63,621 nucleotides of DNA, filler included, from Octopus bimaculoides (GCF_001194135.2; 6 parts of 6 records of this genome joined end to end with filler, not necessarily neighbours in it), one strand, 5' to 3'. Numbered from the whole stretch's first letter, positions 26,690 to 38,766 are shown. The notes: generated by a model not told the origin, from the sequence alone. Made by a program: numbers and translations.

Positions 26690-26880
26690 CTATTTGATTG
26701 CTGTTATTTAGTTCTCGATCATGTAATAAATTTACTAGTGGAGGCGTTCAGCGAAAACCACCCTGTCTGTTATTCAGACAAAGTGTGTCTCAGATTATAT
26801 TGCTCAGAAGGTCATGCCTTTGTTTTTAAGAGGGCAGAGAGTGATTTGAGGAAGATTTATTGCTCTCTGTGGTGAGTAAC
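26690..26880 (+). repeat. Dispersed repeat; diverged copies at about 46000-46160 and 60100-60255
   Basis: Shared gtgatttgagg(g/a)agattt..gct motif and upstream similarity. Confidence 0.5.
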
Positions 26881-27269
26881 AGCACAGACTTTCTCAATTG
26901 GCTCGAAGTTGATTATTTCAATCAGTGAAAGAAAGAAGTTGTAAAAATAAAGGGGAAGAAGTACTTCATTTTGTATTATTTTGTTTCTGGAAGCTGATCT
27001 AGATTATAAATTATTTGTTTTATAGCCATTAACGGAACACTTTGTTGACAAACATTTACGAAATAGTGCCTGAAAATACTAAAAACTCCTATAGAGTAAA
27101 CTGTTGTTGCTAAAAAAGCACTGGCTGGTTGGCTGTTTTTTTCTAATTTAATACCTTCTTGTGTAACTTCCAAACATTTCATGGAATTGTATTTTTCGCA
27201 TGGAATTGTATCTTTCGTTGGCTCATGACGCCTGACAAATGACAAAATGACAAATGATAAAGTATATTC

Positions 27270-27352
27270 TTTTCTACTCTAGACACAAGGCCCGAAATTT
27301 TGGGGGAAGAGGCCAGTCGATTAGATCGACCCCAGTACGCAACTGATACTTA
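27270..27352 (-). mobile_element. Partial tRNA-derived SINE of the 54801-55222 family
   Basis: Reverse complement of the tail agtactggggtcgat..cgact..ccccaaaatttcgggccttgtg..tagtagaaa. Confidence 0.75.
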
Positions 27353-27499
27353 ATAAATAATAAAGTATATTAAATAACGAAAATTATGCAATATCACACT
27401 ACATTTTGTAATGCATCGTGTACAAATATATTGCTATGCTATTGAATATACGTAGCATTAAATGAATTCACAGGTATCCATTTGTATTATATATTATAT

Positions 27500-28230
27500 A
27501 TGCAGCAGGAACATTTAGCCACAACATCCAATGTTACGATTGGCCAGAACAGGGAAATTCTGATGAATCGGGATACCGCCTAGAGCTGACCTCCTGCAGA
27601 GATCCTACCTTTTAGAGTTGTCTCTCTGAGTCAATATTTGGTTTGTCTTTTTCACTTTATGGTGGTGTGCGTTTGGAGGATTAAATCCATTCTATGGTCC
27701 CTTTTTAGTAAAGGGTTGTTCTGGAAGATGGTGTCGAAGGCCTCATTGTTTACACCCCGTAAATATGCGTTGATATGTATGGTAGGGCTTTTGGTTGTAA
27801 ATATTTCTTTAGTTTGGGGTGTATGTATTAACATGTATGTATTAACATGCTCAGGATGTCGAGAACAATATATTGGTCAAGCTAAAAACAGTCTACGCCA
27901 GAGGATGACGGTACATAGATCCTAGATATTAAAATACGAGAATACAGAAAAATAGAATTAAGCGAGCACATCGATATTTGCGTCACCAACGAACAATCCA
28001 ACTTTAGAATTTTTCTGCTCTATAAATTCAGGGACAATGCAACCTATAATCAGCGCATTAGCAAAGAAGCATATTCTATCGCATCAATATAAACCTATTT
28101 TGAATGCCTCCACAGATGAAACTACAACAAGAATTTAGAACAATTCCAACCACTACTGCTACGACCACAGCAGGTCCATTTTAGGTCATTTGACCATTAA
28201 AGAAGATTCCACGAACAATCTACTGTGTCA
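27500..28230 (+). mobile_element. Penelope-like element fragment: GIY-YIG on plus with an inverted linker segment (27640-27830) on minus
   Basis: Plus strand YVLTCSGCREQYIGQAKNSLRQRMTVHR..LSEHIDIC; minus strand AFDTIFQNNPLLKRDHRMDLILQTHTTIK. Confidence 0.75.
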
Positions 28231-28738
28231 CAGCATTCCTGTATTTCTCTTTTCTTTCTCCTTTTTCCTCTTCTTTCCCTACTCTTACTTCTCTTCCTCC
28301 ATNNNNNNNNNNNNNNNNNNNNNNNNNNNNNNNNNNNNNNNNNNNNNNNNNNNNNNNNNNNNNNNNNNNNNNNNNNNNNNNNNNNNNNNNNNNNNNNNNN
28401 NNNNNNNNNNNNNNNNNNNNNNNNNNNNNNNNNNNNNNNNNNNNNNNNNNNNNNNNNNNNNNNNNNNNNCTTCTTCTTCTTCTTCTTCTTCTTCTTCTTC
28501 TTCTTCTTCTTCTTCTTCTTCTATCCTCGGATGCTCCTGCTTAAACCATCAATTCTCCGTACTCATAAACTATCCCTTCAAATTTATTACTACCCACCTA
28601 CTAAGCATTCATAAAGGAAGGGAGAGACAGACAGACAGACTAAAATGTACTTCATGATAAAATTATTTTAGTATTTTTTACCTTGTCTTTTTCCCTGATA
28701 CATATCAACTCATGTGTTACCTTTCTACCCTTCTACCT

Positions 28739-28776
<38 letters not shown>

Positions 28777-28984
28777 TGCTGTTACTGGGCATGGTCTAGC
28801 GATATTGCTGTAGTTGTCGTTGTGGTAGTCATCGCTGGCTGTAGCGCTAGTGCTGCTGCTGTTGCCAATGGATGACTACTGCAACGAAAACTACGGCGAT
28901 ATAGACCCACGCCCCGCAATATACATGCACATATGTACATATACATGAATGTGTGTGTGTGTCTGTGAGCGTGTGTGTGACTCA

Positions 28985-29420
28985 GCTTATGTTTCTTATT
29001 CTACAGTCACACCAGCAATCCAGTGTCAACCCTTCGCCTTCTGCAACATTTCAACAGTTCACTTCCCCGTTGCCGTCTCCCATTGTAGCCCATTTGCGGA
29101 ATGTACCCATTTGCGTACAATATCTCCATTATACCTACCTTCATTCGACTGTCAACCATACGTGTTAGACGCATCGCCGGCCGCCGCATAGGAGAGTATA
29201 TCCACTGATAGCTTTTCGGCACGTTCAAAAATCACTTACCTCTCAACCCCAGTTTTCCATGACAAGTTAGGGCCTGGCTTCCTCCAAACGGACGCATGAC
29301 ATGTCCCTCAGACGAATTAGCCCATCATTTACCCCACAAATGTTTTGTCGTCAATGCTTCACTTTCCCGTATCTGTAATATATATACAAACTATGCCACT
29401 TTAATCTCGAGCAACGCCGG
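28985..29420 (+). mobile_element. Helitron 3' subterminal segment with terminal hairpin
   Basis: Paralogue of 23790-24181, continuing to ctcgagcaacgccggg; the terminal CTAG is not preserved. Confidence 0.75.
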
Positions 29421-29640
29421 GCGTACGTACACTTTGGCCTATATATCTATATATATATATATAATACAAATGATTTGTGAGCATATGCATATATATACGT
29501 ACATATATGTACATACCTACATCTACATGTATAAATAGATGCAAATCCGGGTAGAGGACGTCAAAAAAACGTGGACAAAAAAGGAACGGGAACATAAACA
29601 AAGCACAAAAAATGAACTCTTTTTTACGGACAACAGAATG

Positions 29641-29719
<79 letters not shown>

Positions 29720-29850
29720 TAGATTCAAATTACGACAAACGTAAACAAACAAACGAAGTTAAAGAAGTGATTTTAAATTCTCAAACGCAGGATAATGCTA
29801 ATAATATAGCCTGAACAGGATAAACTACCCCTATTTTGCAGAAAAAATAG

Positions 29851-29925
29851 TGGTTAGTTGTGGACTCAAATTCACATCTCCGTGATTACGCGTCCCGACG
29901 CTCTGACCGATTGCGCTAAACTCCC
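29851..29925 (-). pseudogene. Degenerate tRNA-like sequence (possibly Thr-CGT-like, or a SINE head)
   Basis: GGGAGTT-TAGCGCAATCGGTCAGAGCG..CGTAA..GTGAATTTGAGTCCAC-AACT, then a T-run. A-box good, T-arm and acceptor decayed. Confidence 0.35.
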
Positions 29926-30149
29926 CGACTACAGATTCCTCTGCAAATTTAAGATATATAGAAATCTCGCTTTATGANNNNNNNNNNNNNNNNNNNNNNN
30001 NNNNNNNNNNNNNNNNNNNNNNNNNNNNNNNNNNNNNNNNNNNNNNNNNNNNNNNNNNNNNNNNNNNNNNNNNNNNNATATATACACATATATACATGCA
30101 TACATATATACACCCATACACACACATGCACGCACACACATATACATAG

Positions 30150-30305
30150 TTGCAGGTGTGGCTGTGTGGTAAGAAACTTGGTTCCAAAACACATGATCCT
30201 AGGTTCAGTACCACAGTGTGGTGACTTGGCATGTATCTTCTGCTATAGTCTCAGACCAACCAAAGCCTTGTGAGTGGATTTTGTAGACAGAAACTGAAAA
30301 AAATC
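30150..30305 (+). mobile_element. CORE-type SINE head
   Basis: Family match to 69-220. Confidence 0.8.
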
Positions 30306-30379
30306 AATCCTATATATATATATATATATATATATAGGTGAGAAAGTTGGTATGTGAAAGCACGTGGTTGGATGTATAA

Positions 30380-30728
30380 AAGATAATAAGAGTGAAAAAA
30401 CTACAGAAGGCTTGTGTTACTTGGTTAAAGTATATATTTAAATTATGTCAGAAAAATGTTAGAAAAATNNNNNNNNNNTTCGCTCCAGCCTGAGAAAGAA
30501 GAGTTCTAGATAGGGGGAGGTCAGACTGGAGCGAACACGACACAATGAAGTAGAGAAATTTGAAAAGACAACACGAAACCGGTTATTTCTCAAAATACAA
30601 TGTTTATATACCAAAAAGATTTTATAACATTTTTCTAACATTTTTCTAACATTTTTCTGACATAATTTAAATATATACTTTAACCAAGTAACACAAGCCT
30701 TCAGTAGTTTTTTCACTCTTATTATCTT
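30380..30728. repeat. 89-bp inverted repeat (30380-30468 / 30640-30728) with an internal 15-bp hairpin
   Basis: Arms complementary with one mismatch by eye; the left arm ends at a small gap. Confidence 0.8.
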
Positions 30729-31079
30729 ATATATATATATATATATGTATATATGTAAGTGTTTGTGTGTGTTTTTTGTCTCTGTGTTTCTCCCACATCA
30801 GTGCTTCACAACTGCTGTTCGTTTATTTACATCTCCATAACTTACTTGTTTGACAAGAAGAAACTTTTGATGCTGTGGACAGAACATTACGAGACATTAG
30901 AAATTGTAATTCCTTGATGAGAAATGTCATAGTATCATTGTCAGGAGACTTCCAACAAACACGGCCAGTTGTTCCAAGAGGAACAAAAGTAGATTAGCTC
31001 ATTGCTTCAATAAAGTTTCTCTGCATTATGGCATCATGTGAAAACACTTCAACTTTCGACAAATATGAGATTGAGGCCT

Positions 31080-31450
31080 TCAAGTAGAAAAAATACCAAC
31101 TCCATGCATGAACTTCTGTTTGTTTATTATATGACAGTAATAAGTGAGTTGTACATGTTATATTCATGAATACAGTAATCGTAATTATATAATACACTTA
31201 ATTTAAATATGTAATTTACTCATTCTTGAATGGTAAATTAGGCTATTGAAGTATTCACTCTTAATGCAACATGAATACTTCAATAATTTAATTTACCATT
31301 CAAGAATGAGTAAATTACATATCTAAATTAAGCGTATTATATAATTACGATTACTGCATTCATAAATATAACATGTACAACTCAGTTATTACTGTCATAT
31401 AATAAACAAACAGAAGTTCATGTATGGAGTTGATCCTTTTATACTTCAAT
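31080..31450. repeat. Palindrome of Helitron 3' sequence, about 180-bp arms and a 14-nt loop
   Basis: Left arm ends at 31257 and right arm starts at 31272; the right arm is homologous to 32231 onward. Confidence 0.85.
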
Positions 31451-32600
31451 TATTATATGAGATCAAGGCTTTCAAGAGATCAATCAACTGTACTATTTGC
31501 AGAGCAGCTTTTCAAACTCGGTGAAGGGAGAGCTCCGATTAATGAAGAACAGTTTCTTACACTCAATTTAATATGTAATTCAACTGATTCCGTCGGTGGG
31601 TGAAATCTTTTCTAATTTTCTTCATAATTAAGATTGGATCTGTGAGCGAGCTATCCTGGTTCCAAAAAATGTTGTTGTCCATAGCATTAATAATTCCTAT
31701 TGAAAAAACTTCCAATAACTCAATTGACTGTGTTGTTGATGATCAGGATATTGTTAACTACCTCCGCGAAGTTTTGAACTCACTAGAACCACTATGTGCA
31801 GCTCCTCATTGTCTTCAGTTGAAAAACGGGGTTCTAATTATACTATTGTGTAATTTGTCTCAACCAAAATTATGCAATGGTACAAGATTAATTGTGCACA
31901 AACTCATGAGGAACTGCATCGAGGCAAATATTCTCACTGGTTGTAGTAAGACTGTCTTTATTCCACGCATACCAGTTATACCATCTAACATCCAATTCTA
32001 GTTGAAGCGGTTACAGTTTCCTATCCGTGTTTCTTTTGCCATGAGCAGTAATAAAAGTCAGAGCCAAACACTAAAAGATGCTGGATTGCAACTTGAAGAA
32101 CCATGCTTTTCATATGGGCAGCTTTATGTAGGAGCATCATGTGTGGGAGCAAAGCAAATTTTTTTGCTTATGCACTCCGAAACAAAAAAAAAACATTGCT
32201 TATAAAGAAATATTCATTCTTAATGCAATATGAATACTTCAATAGCTTAATTTGCCATTACTATCATTACATTCACGAATAAGTAAATTACGTATTTAAA
32301 TTAAGTGTATTATATAATTGTCATTACTGTCTTGATATATAAAATAACACATACAACTCATTATTGTCATATAATAAACAAACAGAAGTTCATGTATGAG
32401 ACTGATCTTTTTTCTACTTCAATTATTACGTGTTTTTCACTTATAAAAATATTATATAATTGCCATTATTGTATTGATAAATAAAATAATACATACAACT
32501 AATTTATTATTGTCATATAATGAACAGGTAGAAGTTCATGTATCAAATTCATCTCTTTTCTACTTCAGTTATTACATATTTTTCTCTTATAAAAATACAC
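31450..32600 (+). mobile_element. Helitron Rep/Hel fragment: Pif1-like helicase C-terminus plus 3' region
   Basis: LNSLEP..PHCLQLKNGVLIILLCNLSQPKLCNGTRLIV..FIPRIP and RLQFPIRVSFAMSSNKSQSQTL..GQLYVGAS; contains stops and frameshifts. Confidence 0.9.
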
Positions 32601-32885
32601 ACATACAGGAAGAGTAAATTATATATATAATAATACTTTGAATGTGGCTCCCTAGAAACAGTAAAACTAATTACCCGATCAACAACGGGTATTACTACTG
32701 GTATATATATATATATATATTTATATGTGTGTGTGTGTGTGTTTGTGTGTATCTATATCTGGCTATATATATATATATATATATATNNNNNNNNNNNNNN
32801 NNNNNNNNNNNNNNNNNNNNNNNNNNNNNNTTAATTAATTAANNNNNNNNNNNNNNNNNNNNNNNNNNNNNNNNNNNNNNNNNNN

Positions 32886-33358
32886 NTTTATTAAGCAATC
32901 TATCGTAGTGGCTTCTCCAGACCTCTTTCTTTGCAGCCTCATTTAGAGCAAGCGTACCATCATCCATGCGAACACATTTCTCTCCTACTACATCACTATT
33001 CTCTCTCCTACACTGTCTTGCGACACGAAATACATCTAAATAAACCTGTCGCCTAGCTTCCCTTCTGGCAGATTCGTACAATTCCCTGCTACCACCGTTC
33101 TTCCAGTCCTTCCAAGCCTGTTTCTTTTGTCTAATAGCCCTGTCTACCTCCTTGTTCCACCACCACGTTATTTTGGGTCGAGAAGGGACCTTGCACCAAC
33201 CACAGATCTCGTCGGTGGCCCTCAGCAGGTTGACCCGTAGAAACGTCCAGTTGTCCTCTACATTGTGTGAAGCTACATCCCCCTCTATTTCGTCAAAGGC
33301 TTCAAGTAATAGGTCTCTAAATCTCTGTCCATTTGCAGGATCTTTGAGCTTCCATACC
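32886..33358 (-). mobile_element. RTE-clade LINE fragment (EN-RT linker), bounded by gaps
   Basis: WKLKDP..KITWWWNKEVDRAIRQKKQAWKDWK..VFRVARQ..DVVGEKCVRMDDG..WRSHYDRLLN. Confidence 0.85.
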
Positions 33359-33743
33359 NNNNNNNNNNNNNNNNNNNNNNNNNNNNNNNNNNNNNNNNNN
33401 NNNNNNNNNNNNNNNNNNNNNNNNNNNNNNNNNNNNNNNNNNNNNNNNNNNNNNNNNNNNNNNNNNNNNNNNNNNNNNNNNNNNNNNNNNNNNNNNNNNN
33501 NNNNNNNNNNNNNNNNNNNNNNNNNNNNNNNNNNNNNNNNNNNNNNNNNNNNNNNNNNNNNNNNNNNNNNNNNNNNNNNNNNNNNNNNNNNNNNNNNNNN
33601 NNNNNNNNNNNNNNNNNNNNNNNNNNNNNNNNNNNNNNNNNNNNNNNNNNNNNNNNNNNNNNNNNNNNNNNNNNNNNNNNNNNNNNNNNNNNNNNNNNNN
33701 NNNNNNNNNNNNNNNNNNNNNNNNNNNNNNNNNNNNNNNNNNN

Positions 33744-33775
<32 letters not shown>

Positions 33776-34729
33776 TGTACATAGTGAAATAAATATCGGG
33801 AGAGAGACACATACAGATTAAAACAGAGAGGGAGTGAAATTGAATGAGAAAGAGTAAAAGAGAGAGAGAGGGTTATTCAAAGCACAAGGAGTTTTAGGGA
33901 TTTCTATCGTTTGTACACAGTAAATATATAGAATGGTGGCCAGCTACTTCTAAGACAAGTTTTAGCTTTAAAGTGACTGTGCGAGGAAATACAACTGAAA
34001 ACATGGAAATAAGCAGATCAAAGGCAAAAATAAGTAGTAAGTGAGAAGCCTGGCTAAAAGACAAAGGAAGACTTATCTGGTCATTCTGTTATGGTCGTAT
34101 TAATTTGGCAAAAATTTTAGGAGCAAGTGAAGGAATCAGCCGCATGTGTTAGTTATATAGCCCCCCCAAAAACTTGCGCTGGGCAGGAGTTAATCGAAGG
34201 GGAGGGAGAAGATATATATATATATATAGAGAGAGAGATGTACATAGTGACTGGTGAAATATCACTATTTCTGTAATGATTTTTACTGAAGAACCAAATT
34301 TGTAAAGCAAACTGTAATTTTTTTTTTATATTTCACTAACAATTTTCATCCTTTCACATACTTCACTATCTTTGTATTTTCATACCTTTACATATACTTT
34401 CTCTATCTTTGTAATTATATTTATTTGTATTTCTATTCCATAACAGATTTGATCCTAAAAGCGAACCCAAAACTATTTTAGAACTTGTTATTTCAGTATC
34501 TAAAACAATGGCACCATTTGCCAATTTATATTGGTAAATGACTACAGATATGGTATTTTATATTTATTTTGATCCATGAACTTACCAATATTTAGATACC
34601 TCACTCATTGATTCATCACAATATTTCATTATTCTTAATCGTTATTCAACTTTGGAACAACAGAGCCTAAAAATGGCAAGAAACCCAGATAGAGGGACAT
34701 TTTTGTGCCAACTAGAATTGAACCTGGTT

Positions 34730-35395
34730 AACTTGGTTTTCATATTTGTCTCCTTCCTTTTTTGAACTAACCTGCTGTATAGATGTAAACACAATTCCTT
34801 CTTCTTCCTTTCTTTCTTCTTTCTTTCCTTCTCCTTTCAGATACACAGGCACACACACACACACAAAAACAGACCCACACTCTCTCTCACTGGACAATGA
34901 TGGCAACTTTTTGAAAAAAAACTTTCTTCCAAACAATGCTTCACCTTAAATAGCCACCTGGTGTTGCCATTTTTAAAGGCCAAGAATCAACTTGTCATTG
35001 AAAGAACTGACCAGCTGTAAACACAATTTTCTTCTTTCACCTTTCCTTCTCTTTCCCATTGACACTCCTTTCAGATGCACAGGCACACACACACTCTCTC
35101 TCACCCCNNNNNNNNNNNNNNNNNNNNNNNNNNNNNNNNNNNNNNNNNNNNNNNNNNNNNCCCCCCCCCCATTCATCACCCTCTTTTACTATCCTATATG
35201 TCTCTCTCCACCCTACACATTCAATAATACTATAAAAAGAGACAAATCCTCTGAAGAAAAATTAAATCTGGAGACTCTACAAGAATAGATGCAAGCACTA
35301 ATTTATAAAAACATGTGACATATTAATAAACATCTGTAAATGTACAACCATCCGGATACCTGAGTACCTTATTATTTTTTCTAATATTCTAATAT
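34730..35395 (+). repeat. Diverged copy of the element at 39911-40434 (spacer and right arm)
   Basis: Shared ttcagatacacaggcacac.. and taatactataaaaagagacaaatcc..gtacaaccatcc..ttatttttctaata. Confidence 0.7.
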
Positions 35396-35407
35396 ATATA
35401 TATATGC

Positions 35408-35458
<51 letters not shown>

Positions 35459-35910
35459 TTAATTAAGCAATGTGATCATTACATCAAATATAAAATGCAG
35501 AGCAATCCTCAGCTGCACAAAGATATAGAAATTTAATGCAATTACATTTAAACAGAAGGATACATTTTTATAACTACATTTAAACTCTCCAAGTAGAAAG
35601 GAAGAATACAAAAAACATTTTGACTTAGCCAGACCATATATATGTATATTGTTTTTATTGTCCTGTCCTCTTAGATGAAAAATAAACAGGCAAATCGACA
35701 TAATACAATGTCTGCAAGTTGATGAGTACCACATATTCCCCTCCATTTTCTTATTGCTATATAAATTCAGGTAAAATTTCCCTTTACCTGCACCCATTTA
35801 TTGCACTCGGTAAAAACATTAGTGTAATAGTAATTGGGTATCCTTCTGGCAGTATATTGGATAAATATTATCCCTTAGTGGGTTGGATTCACAACCCCTA
35901 ACTTTCTTGG

Positions 35911-35958
<48 letters not shown>

Positions 35959-35979
35959 TCTATGCATATATAAACATAC

Positions 35980-36140
35980 ATGAAGGGCTTCTTTCAGTTT
36001 TTATTTCCCAAATCCACTCACAAGTTTTTGGTTTGTCCCAAGGGTATAGTAAAAGGCACCTGGCCAAGGTGCCATGCAGTGATACTATACCTGAAACTAC
36101 AAGCTTGAGGAGCAAACTCCTTAACTATGTCTGCCTGTGC
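35980..36140 (-). mobile_element. CORE-type SINE head, decayed
   Basis: Family match to 69-220. Confidence 0.7.
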
Positions 36141-36374
36141 AAGCACACAAACACATACACGCAGATATAGTATGAGTGAGACTGTCCATGTATATACATC
36201 ATGAATAATGTTTGTGTTGATAGCATTTAGTTATTGAGTTACATGTTCAGTTAACAATTGAGAAGCGAGAATATTTGAACTAGGTTGATATATCTTCACA
36301 CCTTTTGAATGAGAAGCAACTGTAGTTTTCCTTAAAACTTAAAATATGTAGCCACACTGTTCATTCTGATTTTG

Positions 36375-36930
36375 CCATTGTAAATCTGAACACGAGAGCC
36401 TCCTCCTTCAGAAAACATCTAGACAGATGCCAGAACACTGACAAAAGCATAACAGTCAATATTGAGGCCAATGAAAGAAATTTGGGTAATTTAAGAATTA
36501 AGGAAGCTTTACTCATACACAGACTAGGACCCCAAATTAACAACAGGCTGGAGATTGGTAATCAATATATTAATTAGCTACATCTGGACGTGTGTAGGTT
36601 CATTCTTAATAACATGCTCATGTATTGTTTATAACAAAAAAAAAAAAAGAAAAGGAAAAAAAGAGAAGCTGCACGTATAACACAACTTAGAAGCAGTGCT
36701 ACAGTTATACCAACACACACGAGATTCAAACATAGCCGACCTCACGCACTTCTCATGAGGAATTCCGGAAGGAGCTTCATGAGACCACTACTGAGATACT
36801 TCCAGAAAAAGAAAAAGCCATTAGTAAACAGTTTAGAGAAGAGACTCTAAGAAGATCTGTAGAAGGAATTGTATTCCGAAATATCATCGGACTATAGATA
36901 ACTAAATTACAACAAGTATATAGTCCACTT
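36375..36930 (+). mobile_element. Penelope-like element 3' fragment (same family as 57400-58660) with a hammerhead-like motif at 36854-36888
   Basis: Closely similar to 58120-58650; KHLDRCQNTDKSITVNIEANERNLGNLRIKEALLIH. Confidence 0.85.
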
Positions 36931-37406
36931 TTTTTGTATTATAGTGTATTGTTATACCATTCAAAACATTTTATTCTTTACAAACAATGCACAATGTTTC
37001 AAGCGAACTACAATACTCTCTTATTAAATTCTAACATTTTTACTGCAATTAAACTAAGATAAACATGAAGGGAAGGATGTCAGTTTCATATATCAATTTG
37101 TAAGAGTATTGGCTGCAGTATACAGAAGATTGAACAATAACTGAATTGTTGAGTGTGTTTACTAAGCTTGATAGTAAATGTGTTTGGTACAAAGAAGAAT
37201 GCTTGCAAAAATTAAAATACATCTGTTGTATTATATATATTCTACTATTTCTGACAAAGAAAGATGTAAAATTGTATAAAAACACAACAGGCTTATATTT
37301 TCTACCCAGTATTTAAAGCTACTCATTTGGTTTGCATGGGCAAAATATTCTCATAGTGATGACAGTAAATATATATTTCTTCAAGTTATGAATCCATTTA
37401 GAAATA

Positions 37407-37478
37407 GATGACATAGCTCAATGAGAGAGTCTAAGACTGAATTTCTTAAAGTCCCTGGTTCAATCCTGGATTTCAGCA
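37407..37478 (+). pseudogene. tRNA-Phe(GAA) pseudogene
   Basis: gatgacatagctcaatgagagagtctaagactgaatttcttaaagtccctggttcaatcctggatttcagca aligns along its length with eukaryotic tRNA-Phe (GCCGAAATAGCTCAG..AGACTGAAGATCT..GTCCCTGGTTCGATCCCGGGTTTCGGCA, recalled from memory); the stems are broken. Confidence 0.8.
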
Positions 37479-38319
37479 TATTCCTTAGGTTTTTATTTTG
37501 TTCTTGAAATTATGAATAATTAAAATTTCCATAACTAACTAACTAAAGGTGGGTGATAAAAGGAGAAATTTTGGTTACATATAAGCATACCAATGCATAA
37601 TTATTCAAAGACATAAATGAAATGGAAATGTGACTGCTGTTTACATTGTGACAAGGAATATCATGAGATAAAATATATATAAAACAGTAGTTATTATTTT
37701 CTAAATGATATTCTACGTTAGATAAGAGATGATTGAACTTCAAAAGTGTATCCTAAGCATCTAGGGTCTCAAAAACCAAACTATTTAATGAAATGTATTT
37801 TAACATTAAATTCTTCTCTGATACCGAACGACAAAAAAACAACATATACGATAATTACTTCATTTCTCCTGAAGTAGCAAAATAGCTTTAAAAAATTTTA
37901 ATATTTAGGTGAGATTTTAGGATAAGTATTTTTAATAGCAAATTTTGGTAAAATTGAACACCAGAGCTTGTTGATACTAGTTATATATTTTTTAATCTAA
38001 TCATTTATGGGGGCAAAGGAAGAAGGCTTCTGAATCTCTAATGACAATTTGAAGAAAACTGAAATACTTGGACAGCCTCGGTCCTCAAATTGTTCAAATT
38101 TAAATCACTCGAGAAGAGATGCAACAAAAATGTAAAAGCAGCAACATTTTTGTGATTAGTAATGATCAATGATCAATGGGTCTCACCATATTTTTTATTT
38201 CAAGAGTATGTTGAGTCAAAGACAAACTACTTAATTTTCAAAATAATTTTGACAAATATTTGATAATAAGAAATGTAATAAATATTCCAAATATGCTGAT
38301 AGAGTTAATTAATAAAGAA

Positions 38320-38337
38320 TCACTTCACAATTGATGC
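38320..38337 (-). CDS. MAP3K4: Candidate short terminal coding exon of MAP3K4 (ASIVK*)
   Basis: The nearest good acceptor (gctgtaattttcag) downstream of the GC donor gives an in-frame 5 codons plus stop. Other acceptors (for example about 37870, EK*) are possible. Confidence 0.25.
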   Translation of the reverse strand, partial: ASIVK

Positions 38338-38517
38338 CTGAAAATTACAGCAATATTTTGTATATAAGATCTAAACCTATCTAACCTAATTAACTTTGAG
38401 GGAAGGGAAAAAAGTTATGTATGTCTTTCCCAATGGCATAATAAATAAATTCTGAAACTAAGCTGTGAATTTACTGTATTCTTTGATTTAAAGATAAAAA
38501 TAAAAATAAATACTTGC

Positions 38518-38694
38518 CTTTGGAAAAGGGTGGTTTAGTAGGTCGATGGCACAAGGGCGTCGACTAGGTTCTATCTCAAAGCAGTGTTTCAGGAACTCTT
38601 TCCCTTCTCGACTTAAGTTTTCTGGAATTGGTGGTACATTTCCTAAACCAACTAAAAACATTATTTGATATGGGTGTTGGTCATACCAGGGTTG
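38518..38694 (-). CDS. MAP3K4: Exon of a MAP3K4/MEKK4-like kinase (subdomains X-XI), 59 codons, phase 0/0
   Basis: QPWYDQHPYQIMFLVGLGNVPPIPENLSREGKEFLKHCFEIEPSRRPCAIDLLNHPFPK aligns to the recalled MEKK4 C-terminus (RPW..FQIMYKVGMGHKPPIPERLSPEGKDFLSHCLE.DP..R..A..LLDH.F.K). Acceptor tctgttttacag; donor AAG|GCAAGT. Confidence 0.85.
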
Positions 38695-38766
38695 CTGTAA
38701 AACAGATAAAATCTCAATCAAAGATTATTTTAAACAAGTGCAAAAACAGAGTCAATAGTAATTTTG

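Noticed and set aside
36970-36975. AATAAA on the minus strand as a MAP3K4 polyadenylation signal
   Set aside because: The hexamer is common in this AT-rich DNA and the terminal exon is not established; needs 3'-end RNA data.
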